Positions 26,039 to 34,880 of a DNA stretch of 39,846 nucleotides are shown piece after piece. Each line of letters opens with the position of its first letter. Positions within the stretch are counted from its first letter, which is position 1. Source of the DNA: Lysobacterales bacterium (GTDB lineage: Bacteria; Pseudomonadota; Gammaproteobacteria; Xanthomonadales; SZUA-5); the NCBI GenBank assembly GCA_022844165.1, contig JALHMH010000040.1, positions 1-39,846 of the forward strand. The letters run 5' to 3'. A program made the translations under genes and the position numbers. The notes below the pieces were generated by a model. The model was not told the DNA's origin, did not search any database, and worked only from the letters and a program-made list of their open reading frames with translations.

Positions 26039-28792
26039 TCATTCGAAGCCATCCGCGAGCATCGCGCTGGGGCCAGTCTGCAGACTATGGAACCACTGCT
26101 CGAAGTTCAGGTTCGCGTACGCCTGCAAGTTGTTGCTGCGCTCAAGTTCGAATTGGATGACCGCGGCCAGTTCCGGCGAGCCGTTCTGTGCCCAGCCCTC
26201 CCAAACCGTGCGCGCGCTGGCAAGCATCTGCGGGCTGAGCACGTGGCTGCTGCCATCGCCGTTGGCGAAAGCGGTGAGTGCGGGCAACAGATCGGCGAAG
26301 GTGCGTTGCCTTGCCTCGAAATGTTCGGTGAAGCCGAACGTGGTCCCCAGAATCTCGGCCGCATGGCGATGGTACAAGTCGAAGTAGTAGCGTCCGGCAG
26401 CCGTGGCCTCGAAACGCCCATGCAGCCTCGCCAGTAGTGGCGGTTGCGCGCTGCCGCGCTCCGGGTCAAATTCAAGGCTGATGAGATTGCAGCGACGCAC
26501 CAATTGACAAACACAAAGCCAAAGCACGAACTGACTCGATCGGATATTGGTTGGCGCCAAGGGGCTGCCGACACTCGGTGTGCCGTATTGCGTGGCGATG
26601 GCCAGTGTTCCCTGGGCATCGACAAACGCCAGGCGCGTACTGCCAAACTGCGTGAACGCTAAATGCTGCCCTGGCACTGCGTTGCCGAGCGGTTCGGCTT
26701 GCCAGATATCGCCTCCGTCCGCTTGCGCCAGGCGGATTCGGCGTTCTCCGGCTTGATCGTAGGTAAATAACAAGCGCGGCTGCGCGCCGCCTCGTTGCAC
26801 ATGCCTGAGTTGGGCATCGCGCATTTGGCGCTCAGCAGAGGGCGAGATGATCTCGCCCGCAATCTGAGTCCAGGAGCCATTTACCCAAATGGCATAGTCC
26901 AGCCGATGGGTGCCGGAAAAAGAGACCGAATAGGCGATGGCCGGGCGGTCCAATTGCGCGACGTCCAATGCCACCACCTGCGCGCCGTAAATCGAAAGTC
27001 CCGCATCGTTCAGCGGCGCCAACAGCGTTTCCGTGAGCACACCTGAGGGCCAGTCGGCGTCGATGCGCAGTACCCGGATTCCGCTGGTCCCGTCGCCCGC
27101 CGGATCATGGCCGGCAACGAACAACGATCCAGGAAAGCCGGTCGCAGCAAGACGAACGCGCGTCAGGCCGTCCGCGGCGACGAGCCAACGCGGCGCGTTG
27201 GCCGCAAGCCCTTGCGTCCATATGCGCGAGTGGGCCCCGTGGCGCAGCAGGACAAAGGCCCGACCGTCCGGCCCCAGCGCGAGGTCGAAGTCATCAGCGA
27301 GCGGCCCGCCGAGCGCCTGGATACTCCAATCGGAGCCGGTCCAGAATGCATAGTGCACTTGCCCGTTCGCGCTTTTCAGCGCCAGATGTGGGCGATCCAG
27401 GGAATCGACGTCCAGCCTGGCATCGTCGACATCCAGAGCTGGCGGCAAGGGGCGCTCGCTGAAACCACCATCAACCACAGTCCACACGCTGCCGCTGCCG
27501 TTCGGTACATGCTGCGCATAAAAGATGGGTGCTCCAGAACTATCCTCGGTCAACGCCAGAACACTGTCGGCAGAAAGTCCACTCGGGCCTTGCCTGATCA
27601 CCCAAGGAGGCAACTCGCGCACCCACACCAGGTCTCGATGGTTGCTGAAATCCAGCGCCAGCGCATGCAGCTGGCCTTCGCTGTCATAAGCAACGTCATG
27701 CACCTTCGCGAGCGAATGGATCGCCAGCTCGGAAAACGTCGCGCCGGGTCTTTCGCGAAAGAGACGGTATCGCTGGTTAAGATCATTGAAGGTCAACGCC
27801 CATTGCTGACCGGGCCCGACGGCCAGCGCGTTGGGCGCGAGACCTTGCGCGGTGAGCGCAGTCAGGATCGGGGCGCATGATCCAGCGCAAACGAACTGTG
27901 TTGATCCAGCCACGCGCACCCGGCGCTGCACGATATGCGGCGACGGTGCGCCAATGCTTGGGGGCGGCCGGGCGATGACGATTGCGATCTCAGAACTGCC
28001 ATCGGCCCGCGTGGCGAAGTATTGCCATTGCAGACGATCGCCGTTGCCCGGTACGAAGGTCGCAATCGGTTGATCGGCAACTTGCGATCCCGCGATGCGC
28101 GCCCAACGCACCTGGTGCGAACTGGAATCGAGTTCAGCGTAGACCAATTCGGGGTGAGCCAGCGTGCCGATGGGTTGCACGGCAAACGCCGGTCGCGATG
28201 CTGTCGAGGTGACGCCAAACGGCGCTACAGCTGACCAGGTGCCGAGCGCTCGTTGCTGAACTCGCAGCACACCGACGCCATCGCTGCGCGCCGTATCGAT
28301 CCACGCTGCGATCGGCTCGCTTGCCGCGTTCATGGTCAGCGTGGGTGTCGCAACGTTGCCGACATCCAGCACATGCCGCACAGGTGCACCCGGAATGGCT
28401 TCGATGTGCACCAAGACATCGTCCGCCGTTCCTGCGCCATGCGGCTCGATCAGCAGCACATGCACCCGCCCGCTGGCATTGATAGCGATGCGCATATCGC
28501 GGGTACTGTCGCCGACAGTGCCGAGCATCTGCACCGTGCCGATCTTTTCGCGGCGCCAGGCCCAACCATCGTAGCGCCGCAGGAATAACTCCGCCGGGCG
28601 CACCTGGGTGCTATTCAGTGTTGCGGTGTCGATCAGCGCGACCACCGGATGATCGGTCTGCGGATTGATTGCCATCGCGGCGTAGACATCGCTCGATCCC
28701 AGAGACTCGACCATCTCATAACGCGCCGCAGTCGGCGTCTCGGGAAAGCTGATTGCCGATAGGGCGGCGGCGAGCCACAGGGCGACACTCAT
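26039..28792 (-). CDS. Large secreted beta-propeller-like protein with C-terminal LADGFE tail
   Basis: 917 aa from ATG 28792 (signal MSVALWLAAALSA); repeated blade-like units (DSEGQLHAL, DSLDRPHLA, GPDGRAFVL); helical C-domain GRYYFDLYHRHAAEI; ends AMLADGFE*. Confidence 0.78.
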   Translation of the reverse strand: MSVALWLAAALSAISFPETPTAARYEMVESLGSSDVYAAMAINPQTDHPVVALIDTATLNSTQVRPAELFLRRYDGWAWRREKIGTVQMLGTVGDSTRDMRIAINASGRVHVLLIEPHGAGTADDVLVHIEAIPGAPVRHVLDVGNVATPTLTMNAASEPIAAWIDTARSDGVGVLRVQQRALGTWSAVAPFGVTSTASRPAFAVQPIGTLAHPELVYAELDSSSHQVRWARIAGSQVADQPIATFVPGNGDRLQWQYFATRADGSSEIAIVIARPPPSIGAPSPHIVQRRVRVAGSTQFVCAGSCAPILTALTAQGLAPNALAVGPGQQWALTFNDLNQRYRLFRERPGATFSELAIHSLAKVHDVAYDSEGQLHALALDFSNHRDLVWVRELPPWVIRQGPSGLSADSVLALTEDSSGAPIFYAQHVPNGSGSVWTVVDGGFSERPLPPALDVDDARLDVDSLDRPHLALKSANGQVHYAFWTGSDWSIQALGGPLADDFDLALGPDGRAFVLLRHGAHSRIWTQGLAANAPRWLVAADGLTRVRLAATGFPGSLFVAGHDPAGDGTSGIRVLRIDADWPSGVLTETLLAPLNDAGLSIYGAQVVALDVAQLDRPAIAYSVSFSGTHRLDYAIWVNGSWTQIAGEIISPSAERQMRDAQLRHVQRGGAQPRLLFTYDQAGERRIRLAQADGGDIWQAEPLGNAVPGQHLAFTQFGSTRLAFVDAQGTLAIATQYGTPSVGSPLAPTNIRSSQFVLWLCVCQLVRRCNLISLEFDPERGSAQPPLLARLHGRFEATAAGRYYFDLYHRHAAEILGTTFGFTEHFEARQRTFADLLPALTAFANGDGSSHVLSPQMLASARTVWEGWAQNGSPELAAVIQFELERSNNLQAYANLNFEQWFHSLQTGPSAMLADGFE

Positions 28793-28917
28793 GACGGCGT
28801 CCGAAGCAATGCGTTGCTGGCCAGCCCACCAAGCTGGCAATTGCAGACAAAGAAAGCCGCCGGTACCGGTGCGCTCCACATCGGCAACAGCAACCATAGC
28901 CAGCGAAATCCGCACAT
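28789..28917 (-). CDS. Putative 42-aa secreted Cys-containing peptide, first gene of the ECF/CHAT operon
   Basis: MCGFRWLWLLLPMWSAPVPAAFFVCNCQLGGLASNALLRTPS; GGGAGA RBS; stop overlaps the next ATG (ATGA); ATG lies 30 nt after the putative ECF -10. Confidence 0.5.
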   Translation of the reverse strand: MCGFRWLWLLLPMWSAPVPAAFFVCNCQLGGLASNALLRTPS

Positions 28918-28947
28918 CGTTCTTTCTCCCGAGACCGTCAGGTACCA

Positions 28948-28975
28948 GACGAGCGAAATGCGCAGTTTTTCTCGC
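28948..28975 (-). promoter_or_regulatory. Putative ECF-sigma promoter (leftward operon)
   Basis: GCGAGAAAA-ACTGCGCATTTCGC-TCGTC on the minus strand; same architecture as 29672-29699. Confidence 0.6.
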
Positions 28976-29225
28976 GCCATCGCAGCGCCCTCGCAATGCG
29001 CGTGCGCGCGCCGAATGCACGAACAGCATCGCGGCGTTCGCCGTGCACTCAGACGATTCGAGTCAGGCTTTGCAGGTGCGTGCCGGCGACGTCCAATTCG
29101 ATCCGAAGGTGCGAAGTTCGGCCAAGAACGCGCCCGCCAGCGCAGCTTACGGAGCTCGGCTCCGTGCGACTCGCCCCCGCCAGATCGTGCCCACCTCGTC
29201 GTTCGGAAGTTCGTCTACAAAGTGC

Positions 29226-29256
29226 ATTCCGATCTTGCTCAACACAGGATCGGAAT
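29226..29256. terminator. Stem-loop downstream of the DUF4349-like remnant
   Basis: ATTCCGATC...GATCGGAAT inverted repeat, 20 nt past the 29277 stop; no U-tract. Confidence 0.35.
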
Positions 29257-29276
29257 CGACACACCATTCGGCGCGA

Positions 29277-29627
29277 TCAGCCCCGGCGCGCGCCGGTCGC
29301 CCATCGCCAGAGCAATCGCCACAACAGCGCCAGCGGGAACAACAGGAACAGGAAGGGAAGCGCATAGGCAGCTGCCTCAATGGCTTCGGCGGCACCGTCG
29401 AGGAACTGATCAGCCGCATCGCCGATGGCTTCGGCCAATGCCGCCGAGCGCGACGGCGGCGGCTTGATGGCGTTGAATTCCAAGGTCAGCAGATTGGTCT
29501 CCAAACGCAGCGCGTGCTGCGCAGCCATGCGTTCCGCTGCTGCTCTTTCGGCCTCTAACGTCGCCAGCTCGCGGGCCAGCTGCAGGTGGTCGGCGACGCT
29601 GGTCGTCCTTGTCGACTGCCCGATCAC
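29277..29627 (-). pseudogene. 5'-truncated DUF4349-like gene remnant
   Basis: Coiled-coil SVADHLQLARELATLE, then LLTLEF strand and TM LPFLFLLFPLALLW, resembling only the C-terminal part of DUF4349 proteins; in-frame TAA two codons above the GTG; no signal peptide or RBS. Confidence 0.55.
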
Positions 29628-29671
29628 GAACGGTTAACTGCCGATTGGGCCGCGCTTCGAATCACCGTGAG

Positions 29672-29699
29672 GTGAGAAAATTTGTGGTCAGGCGTCGTC
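29672..29699 (+). promoter_or_regulatory. Putative ECF-sigma promoter (rightward gene)
   Basis: GTGAGAAAA-TTTGTGGTCAGGCG-TCGTC, 29 nt upstream of ATG 29729. Confidence 0.6.
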
Positions 29700-29728
29700 G
29701 ATAACACCCATTGACGGAGAACTGCGAT

Positions 29729-32410
29729 ATGCGAAGCTTGGCAATGGCAACACTGGCAGGAGCGCTTTTGCTGCTCTTCGCAGCTGCGCCCGACGCGTCG
29801 GCAGCATGGCCGCCGCCCACGCCGGCGCAGATCAGCTTGAGCGTGCGCAACACGAGTGCGGTCGACCGCAACGAGCTGGTGCGCGGCGGCGTACCGTTGC
29901 CGCGAGCGCTGTCGCTGACTCACACCGGCAGCTTGGCGATTGTCGACCAAAACGGCGTTGCGGTGCCTGCTGCCTTTCAAGTGCTGGCGCGTTGGAATGC
30001 GCCGCGTAACGACAACAGTGCGCCAATACAGTGGTTGTTGGTGCGGTTCTTGGCCTCCATGCCCGCAGGAGGCACGCGCAGTTTTACGCTACGCACCGAC
30101 GGCAGCATCGTCAATCCAGCCCCGCAAGTGGTCGTCACCGTGGCGCCGGATGGGAGCGGCCTGCGCGTTGACACCGGAATCGCGAGGTTCGTTGTGGGTA
30201 GCGATTTATCGCGCGTCTTCGATCGCATCGAGCGTCCTATCCTCACCCCACTGGCGAGCAGTCAATTCAGCTCGACGATCAATGGGAATGCCGCGAACGG
30301 ATTCGGTCAGGCGCGACGCGTGATCGTCGAACACGCTGATGCACTCAGTGCCACGATCATTGTCGAAGGTGTATATGGCCACGCGAATGTCGGCAACGGC
30401 GGCATCAGTGGCGGCCGCCGTCTCGAGTTTGCCGCCGGTTCAGGTGCGGTCAGCGTTCGCGAATGGATCGATTGGGAGGGCCAACGCTGCGCCGTTGAGC
30501 AGCTCGACTGCGGCAACGGACTGAACGCCGTTTCACTGGATCGTTGGCGCGTGCAGTTGCTGCCCACGCTGGGCGCAGGAACAACATTGACGATGCAGGC
30601 CAGCGAAGCGGCCCCGCCAGCGAGCGTTTCTGTTGCGCCGGGGGATATCGCAATGCTGCGCCAATTGCGGCGCAGCGATCGACAGCAGCCGCAACGCTTC
30701 GAACTGGCGCTGCCGGGCCAACCACTGCGCAGCGGCGCGCGCGCGGATCGAGCGGTGGCGTTGCTCTCCGGCAGCGCCGGCGCATTGGGTGTGACCATCG
30801 GTGGTATGGCCGACTACGAGCCTCAGGCGCTGCGTTTACTCGCAAATGGCGCACTCGCTCTCGATCTGGCCGACGATGCCGTTTGGCTGGCGGCGCGCCA
30901 GGGCGCCTTCGCTACCTATCGCGTCGGCGCTTATGCGCCCGGCACATCGTTCGCGGCAGCGGGTGCCGACCTTTGGCCGGCACTCAATGCACCGTTGACA
31001 GCGATGCCGACCGCCGAGTGGATTGCCGCATCGCGCGCGACGGATGAGTTTCCGATCGGGACCTTGCCGCCGGCGTTGGCCGGATTCGATACCGCTCTGG
31101 ACGACTTGATCGACCGCACCATCGAGTTGCGCCGCGACCGTGGTTTGGAGGGTTTGACGACCTTCGGCTTATATCCGCGGAACTGGGGCAATCCGGTGCT
31201 CAGCGACGAGATCGATTGTGGTCCAGGCCAGGACCCGACGCCGGGCAACGATTGGGATGATCCATTCTGGTGCGCCACCTGGACCGACTATCACAACACA
31301 ACGGCGATGGCAGTCATCGCTGCCTGGCGCCACGCAGATCCGGCGCCGATCCATCACCTGGCTCGCCCGGCGGCGTTGCGATCCTTGCACACGCAAATGC
31401 TGCGTTGTGCACCGAGTGACGGCTATTTCTACTGCGGGCAGTTTCCGACTGGCTACGGCGGTTACCGAGTCGATTTCAACAGTTCGCATGCCTATGTCGA
31501 AAACCTGATCCTCTACTATTGGTTGAGTGGCGATCGCACCGTGATCGAGCGCTTGCAGCGCGGCGCAAACACCATGCGCGGCTACCTATGTCCGGGTCGC
31601 GGCAGTACACCGCCCGGGCCGATCTGCAGTCCGACGACGCCGATCAGCGACGAATTTGCCGGCGTCAATGATCGTGTTGCGAGTCAGTTCTATCAGATCT
31701 TCCGGTTTGTCGGCCTTGCCTCCGATGACGCGAGTTTCCTCGACGACTGGCGAAGTAATACGGCACGATTCCTGACGCAGAACTTTGCGCTGGTGCAACA
31801 GGGTGGTCAGCTGCTCGGATTTACGGAACCTTCGGGCGCTGGCAGCACGACCATCATCGGTGGTCCGGGCAGCTACTATTCGACGCAACTGTGGATGGCA
31901 TCGATCTACGACTTCAACCTATTGCATCGACTGCAAATCGACACGCAGGACGCACCCCTGGGGTTGCCGGCGGTCACGCCCAGCGCCGCCCAACAGGGTT
32001 TTGCCCGTGCGCTGCGTGCGATCGGGCAGACGCCGCCTGGCAACGGCAGCGCGGCGGGAACGTGGCCAAACACTGTGCGCTTTACGTTCAGCGGCGCTCG
32101 CATTGGCGGCAACCTCACCGCGCTGGAACCTGGGTGGGTTCCAAATTCGATGCCACAGCCATGTTTCGACGATTGTTTGTACGACACGGGCAAGTCGCCG
32201 CTGAGCGCAGTATTCGCCCGCGCAGCCGACGAAACTGGCGATCCGCAACTGCGCGCTTCAGCGTTGGACTTTGCTTTGTTGGCTCTGCAATCGATTGCCA
32301 CGACCCCGCAACCGATGAGTAAATCCAGCGGTGAATTGTTCGGACGACTGACAGCAGCGGTCGCGCGATTGGCCGCGGACGAATCCGTATTCGGTGATGG
32401 CTTTGAGTAG
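29729..32410 (+). CDS. Secreted RIFT-barrel / PcRGLX-YetA (exo-rhamnogalacturonan lyase)-like protein with VFGDGFE tail
   Basis: 893 aa, GGAGA RBS, signal peptide; N-terminal LSVRNTSAVDRNELVRGGVPLP...FQVLARW...IQWLLVRF; beta-sandwich, then helical toroid (SSHAYVENLILYYWLSGD); ends SVFGDGFE*. Confidence 0.72.
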   Translation: MRSLAMATLAGALLLLFAAAPDASAAWPPPTPAQISLSVRNTSAVDRNELVRGGVPLPRALSLTHTGSLAIVDQNGVAVPAAFQVLARWNAPRNDNSAPIQWLLVRFLASMPAGGTRSFTLRTDGSIVNPAPQVVVTVAPDGSGLRVDTGIARFVVGSDLSRVFDRIERPILTPLASSQFSSTINGNAANGFGQARRVIVEHADALSATIIVEGVYGHANVGNGGISGGRRLEFAAGSGAVSVREWIDWEGQRCAVEQLDCGNGLNAVSLDRWRVQLLPTLGAGTTLTMQASEAAPPASVSVAPGDIAMLRQLRRSDRQQPQRFELALPGQPLRSGARADRAVALLSGSAGALGVTIGGMADYEPQALRLLANGALALDLADDAVWLAARQGAFATYRVGAYAPGTSFAAAGADLWPALNAPLTAMPTAEWIAASRATDEFPIGTLPPALAGFDTALDDLIDRTIELRRDRGLEGLTTFGLYPRNWGNPVLSDEIDCGPGQDPTPGNDWDDPFWCATWTDYHNTTAMAVIAAWRHADPAPIHHLARPAALRSLHTQMLRCAPSDGYFYCGQFPTGYGGYRVDFNSSHAYVENLILYYWLSGDRTVIERLQRGANTMRGYLCPGRGSTPPGPICSPTTPISDEFAGVNDRVASQFYQIFRFVGLASDDASFLDDWRSNTARFLTQNFALVQQGGQLLGFTEPSGAGSTTIIGGPGSYYSTQLWMASIYDFNLLHRLQIDTQDAPLGLPAVTPSAAQQGFARALRAIGQTPPGNGSAAGTWPNTVRFTFSGARIGGNLTALEPGWVPNSMPQPCFDDCLYDTGKSPLSAVFARAADETGDPQLRASALDFALLALQSIATTPQPMSKSSGELFGRLTAAVARLAADESVFGDGFE

Positions 32411-32493
32411 CGCAAAAGTGCCTGTCACCTGATCCGTTCCTTATGTTCGCGTCGCGCTGCGCCAGTACGTGCGCGCGTCGTTGACAGCTCCAA

Positions 32494-32518
32494 GACAGCC
32501 CGGTGGCGCCGGGCTGTC
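32494..32518. terminator. Hairpin between convergent genes (probable bidirectional terminator)
   Basis: GACAGCCCGG-TGGCG-CCGGGCTGTC, perfect 10-bp stem, 15 nt after the mscL stop. Confidence 0.6.
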
Positions 32519-32533
32519 CGATCCGAGCTTAGG

Positions 32534-32950
32534 CTAGGACTTCTTTAACAGATCGCGAATTTCACGCAGCAACAGCACGTCGTCCGGTGTCGCTGGTGCA
32601 GGTGCCGGCGCTTCCTCGGCTTTTTTCTTGACTCGATTCATGGCCTTGATCACCAGGAACAGGGCCCAGGCAACGATCACGAACTGGATCATGGCATTGA
32701 TGAATTCGCCATAGCCGATCGCGACCTCAGGCGTGACCACCTTTTCGGCTTCCATCACCGCGGACTGGATGACGAATTTTTTGTCGGCGAAATCAATGCC
32801 ACCGGTCAACAAACCAATCGGCGGCATCAAGACTTTTTCCACCAGCACACTGACGATTTTGCCGAATGCACCACCAATGATGACGCCGACCGCAAGGTCG
32901 ACCACGTTGCCACGCATCGCAAAATCGCGAAACTCGCTCACAATGCTCAT
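32534..32950 (-). CDS. mscL: Large-conductance mechanosensitive channel
   Basis: EFRDFAMRGNVVDLAVGVIIGGAFGKIV ... YGEFI ... LLREIRDLLK. Confidence 0.98.
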   Translation of the reverse strand: MSIVSEFRDFAMRGNVVDLAVGVIIGGAFGKIVSVLVEKVLMPPIGLLTGGIDFADKKFVIQSAVMEAEKVVTPEVAIGYGEFINAMIQFVIVAWALFLVIKAMNRVKKKAEEAPAPAPATPDDVLLLREIRDLLKKS

Positions 32951-33062
32951 CGTTTGACTCCCCAATTGGCTACGAAAGACGGGATCGCCCTTCGGTGGGC
33001 GAATCTAACGTATCGCCGATCCCGCAGATGGGTTTGACACAGGAATTTCAAATCGCGGACAC

Positions 33063-33089
33063 AAAAAAGGCCGCATCGAGCGGCCCTTT
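33063..33089 (-). terminator. Intrinsic terminator of ykgO
   Basis: Minus strand GGCCGC-TCGAT-GCGGCC-TTTTTT, about 20 nt after the stop. Confidence 0.8.
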
Positions 33090-33108
33090 CCGGCGTAGCA
33101 GCAAACGA

Positions 33109-33234
33109 TCAGCGCTGGCGAGCTTTGAAACGCGGGTTGCTCTTGCAGATAACGAACACTTTGCCGCGGCGACGTACAACTTTGCAATCGCGATGGCGCG
33201 ACTTTGCAGACTTCAGAGACGAGAGTACCTTCAT
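33109..33234 (-). CDS. ykgO: 50S ribosomal protein L36, type B
   Basis: [41 protein letters not shown] (41 aa); the track start at 33432 is an overshoot. Confidence 0.97.
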   Translation of the reverse strand: MKVLSSLKSAKSRHRDCKVVRRRGKVFVICKSNPRFKARQR

Positions 33235-33378
33235 GACGCACCATCCGTGATGTGAAAACTTCCGAGCCGGCGATTCTAGTCGTGATCGACAGCCGACGGC
33301 AAGTCGCCACTGCGCTACGATCCTCGCGACAGCTTGCCTTCGTTTAGACTTCTCGCTAAAGCAGCATTTGAGTGGGCC

Positions 33379-34128
33379 ATGCCAGTACTCCTGATTCTCT
33401 CTTTGATCTTGCAGTTCGTCTGTCTGGTGCACATGGTTCGCTCAAGGCGGCCGTACTGGTGGGCTTTTGTCATCATGCTGGGTTCCTTCATGGGGGTTGC
33501 GGTGTATGCGTTCACGCAAATCCTGCCAGATCTGCAAAGTGATCCCCGGGCCAGACGCGCGGCCGTAGGGGCACTGAAAAAGATCGACCCCACGCGGGAC
33601 CTGCGGCGTTTGCGCGACGAGCTATCGCGGGCCGATACCGTGATGAACAAAATGAATCTGGGTGCCGAGTTTCTTGCACTCGGCGAAGCCGCGGAAGCCG
33701 AGGCGATTTTCAAAGGGTGTCTGACAGGTCTGCACGCGCAGGCGCCGGACATCCTTCTGGCTTTGGCGCAAGCGCAATTTGTGCAGGGGAAGGCGGGCGA
33801 GACGCACGCAACCCTCACTCGATTGATCGAGCACAACCCCGAGTTCAAGTCCGCAGATGGGCACTTGCTATTCGCTCGCGCCTTGCAAGCGCTGGGCCGC
33901 GACGACGAGGCGTTGGCAGAATTTGCGGTGTTGCAGGAAAGCTACCCCGGCGAAGAAGCCCGCGTGCGTTATGCGCAGCTGTTGATTGCCCACCATCAAG
34001 TCGCCGACGCCAAAGCCGTTCTGCAGAAAACATTGGAGCGCGTGCGCGTGGCGCCAAAGTACTACCAGCGTGCGCAGCGCCAGTGGGCGGACGAAGCCAA
34101 AGCACTCAATGACTCGCTCCGTGCGTAG
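33379..34128 (+). CDS. Membrane-anchored TPR protein (COG4700-like)
   Basis: Two N-terminal TMs ([14 protein letters not shown]), TPRs, GHLLFARAL and [10 protein letters not shown] motifs. Confidence 0.8.
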   Translation: MPVLLILSLILQFVCLVHMVRSRRPYWWAFVIMLGSFMGVAVYAFTQILPDLQSDPRARRAAVGALKKIDPTRDLRRLRDELSRADTVMNKMNLGAEFLALGEAAEAEAIFKGCLTGLHAQAPDILLALAQAQFVQGKAGETHATLTRLIEHNPEFKSADGHLLFARALQALGRDDEALAEFAVLQESYPGEEARVRYAQLLIAHHQVADAKAVLQKTLERVRVAPKYYQRAQRQWADEAKALNDSLRA

Positions 34129-34331
34129 TGTTTCGGAGGGGCGAGGTGAGTTGGTCCGCCTGGGTGTTTTGCCGGGTGACGAGCGGCGTGCCTTCGCCCG
34201 CCGCTGATAGTCGGCATTGCGCACAGCGCAATTCGGTGTTGCGACCGGCCACGCTAGCCGTATTGAGTGCTCGTCCCTAGATTCGGTTCCGCGCAGCGTT
34301 CGCTGCACCCTCGAATCTACAAAGGTGAGTC

Positions 34332-34814
34332 ATGAACAAAAGGATCCAAGTGATCGCTATCGCATTGGCGCTGGCCCTGGGCAGTGCGGCCACGTCCGCT
34401 ATCGCCTTCGATGCCTCGTCCAGGGCTGAGATCAACGTGAGCAGCGGAGGCGTCATCGTTTCGGGATACGACGTGGTGGCATATCACGCCGGCAAGGCAG
34501 AGAAGGGCAGCGCCCGCTTCTCGGCTGAATACAATGGCGCGATTTACTATTTCGCCAGCGCGACCAACCGCGATGCCTTCCAGCAGGCGCCACAAAAATA
34601 TGCGCCGGCCTATGGCGGATTCTGTGCGATGGGCGTTGCGCTTGGCCAGAAGTTCGATGTCGATCCGACCCAGTTCAAAGTCGTCGATGGCGTGCTGTAC
34701 CTGAATAAGGACCCAGAGGTCGCCGTCCTCTGGTCCAAGGCCATCCCCAAACATATTGGCGACGCGGATCAGCAGTGGCCGGCCATTAAGACCCAGGCGC
34801 CTGCGGATTTGTAA
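34332..34814 (+). CDS. YHS domain-containing exported protein
   Basis: Signal peptide; GYDVVAY, YYFASATNRDAF, KYAPAYGGFCAMG, VDGVLYLN. Confidence 0.9.
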   Translation: MNKRIQVIAIALALALGSAATSAIAFDASSRAEINVSSGGVIVSGYDVVAYHAGKAEKGSARFSAEYNGAIYYFASATNRDAFQQAPQKYAPAYGGFCAMGVALGQKFDVDPTQFKVVDGVLYLNKDPEVAVLWSKAIPKHIGDADQQWPAIKTQAPADL

Positions 34815-34880
34815 GAACCATCGCGGTCGCGCGCACCACGGCGGCCCGATCGCTCGCTGTCGGGCGCTTGAGGGCTGATT

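Noticed and set aside
28793-29029. 79-codon N-terminal extension of the 996-aa track ORF
   Set aside because: The signal peptide begins at ATG 28792; the upstream region holds a separate small ORF and the promoter motif.
33109-33234. Lone type-B L36 as a sign of a zinc-starvation ribosome module
   Set aside because: No adjacent L31B and no evident Zur box; a solitary type-B L36 is ordinary in Xanthomonadales-like genomes.
34332-34814. YHS selenoprotein
   Set aside because: The GGFC position is a TGT Cys codon and there is no in-frame TGA.
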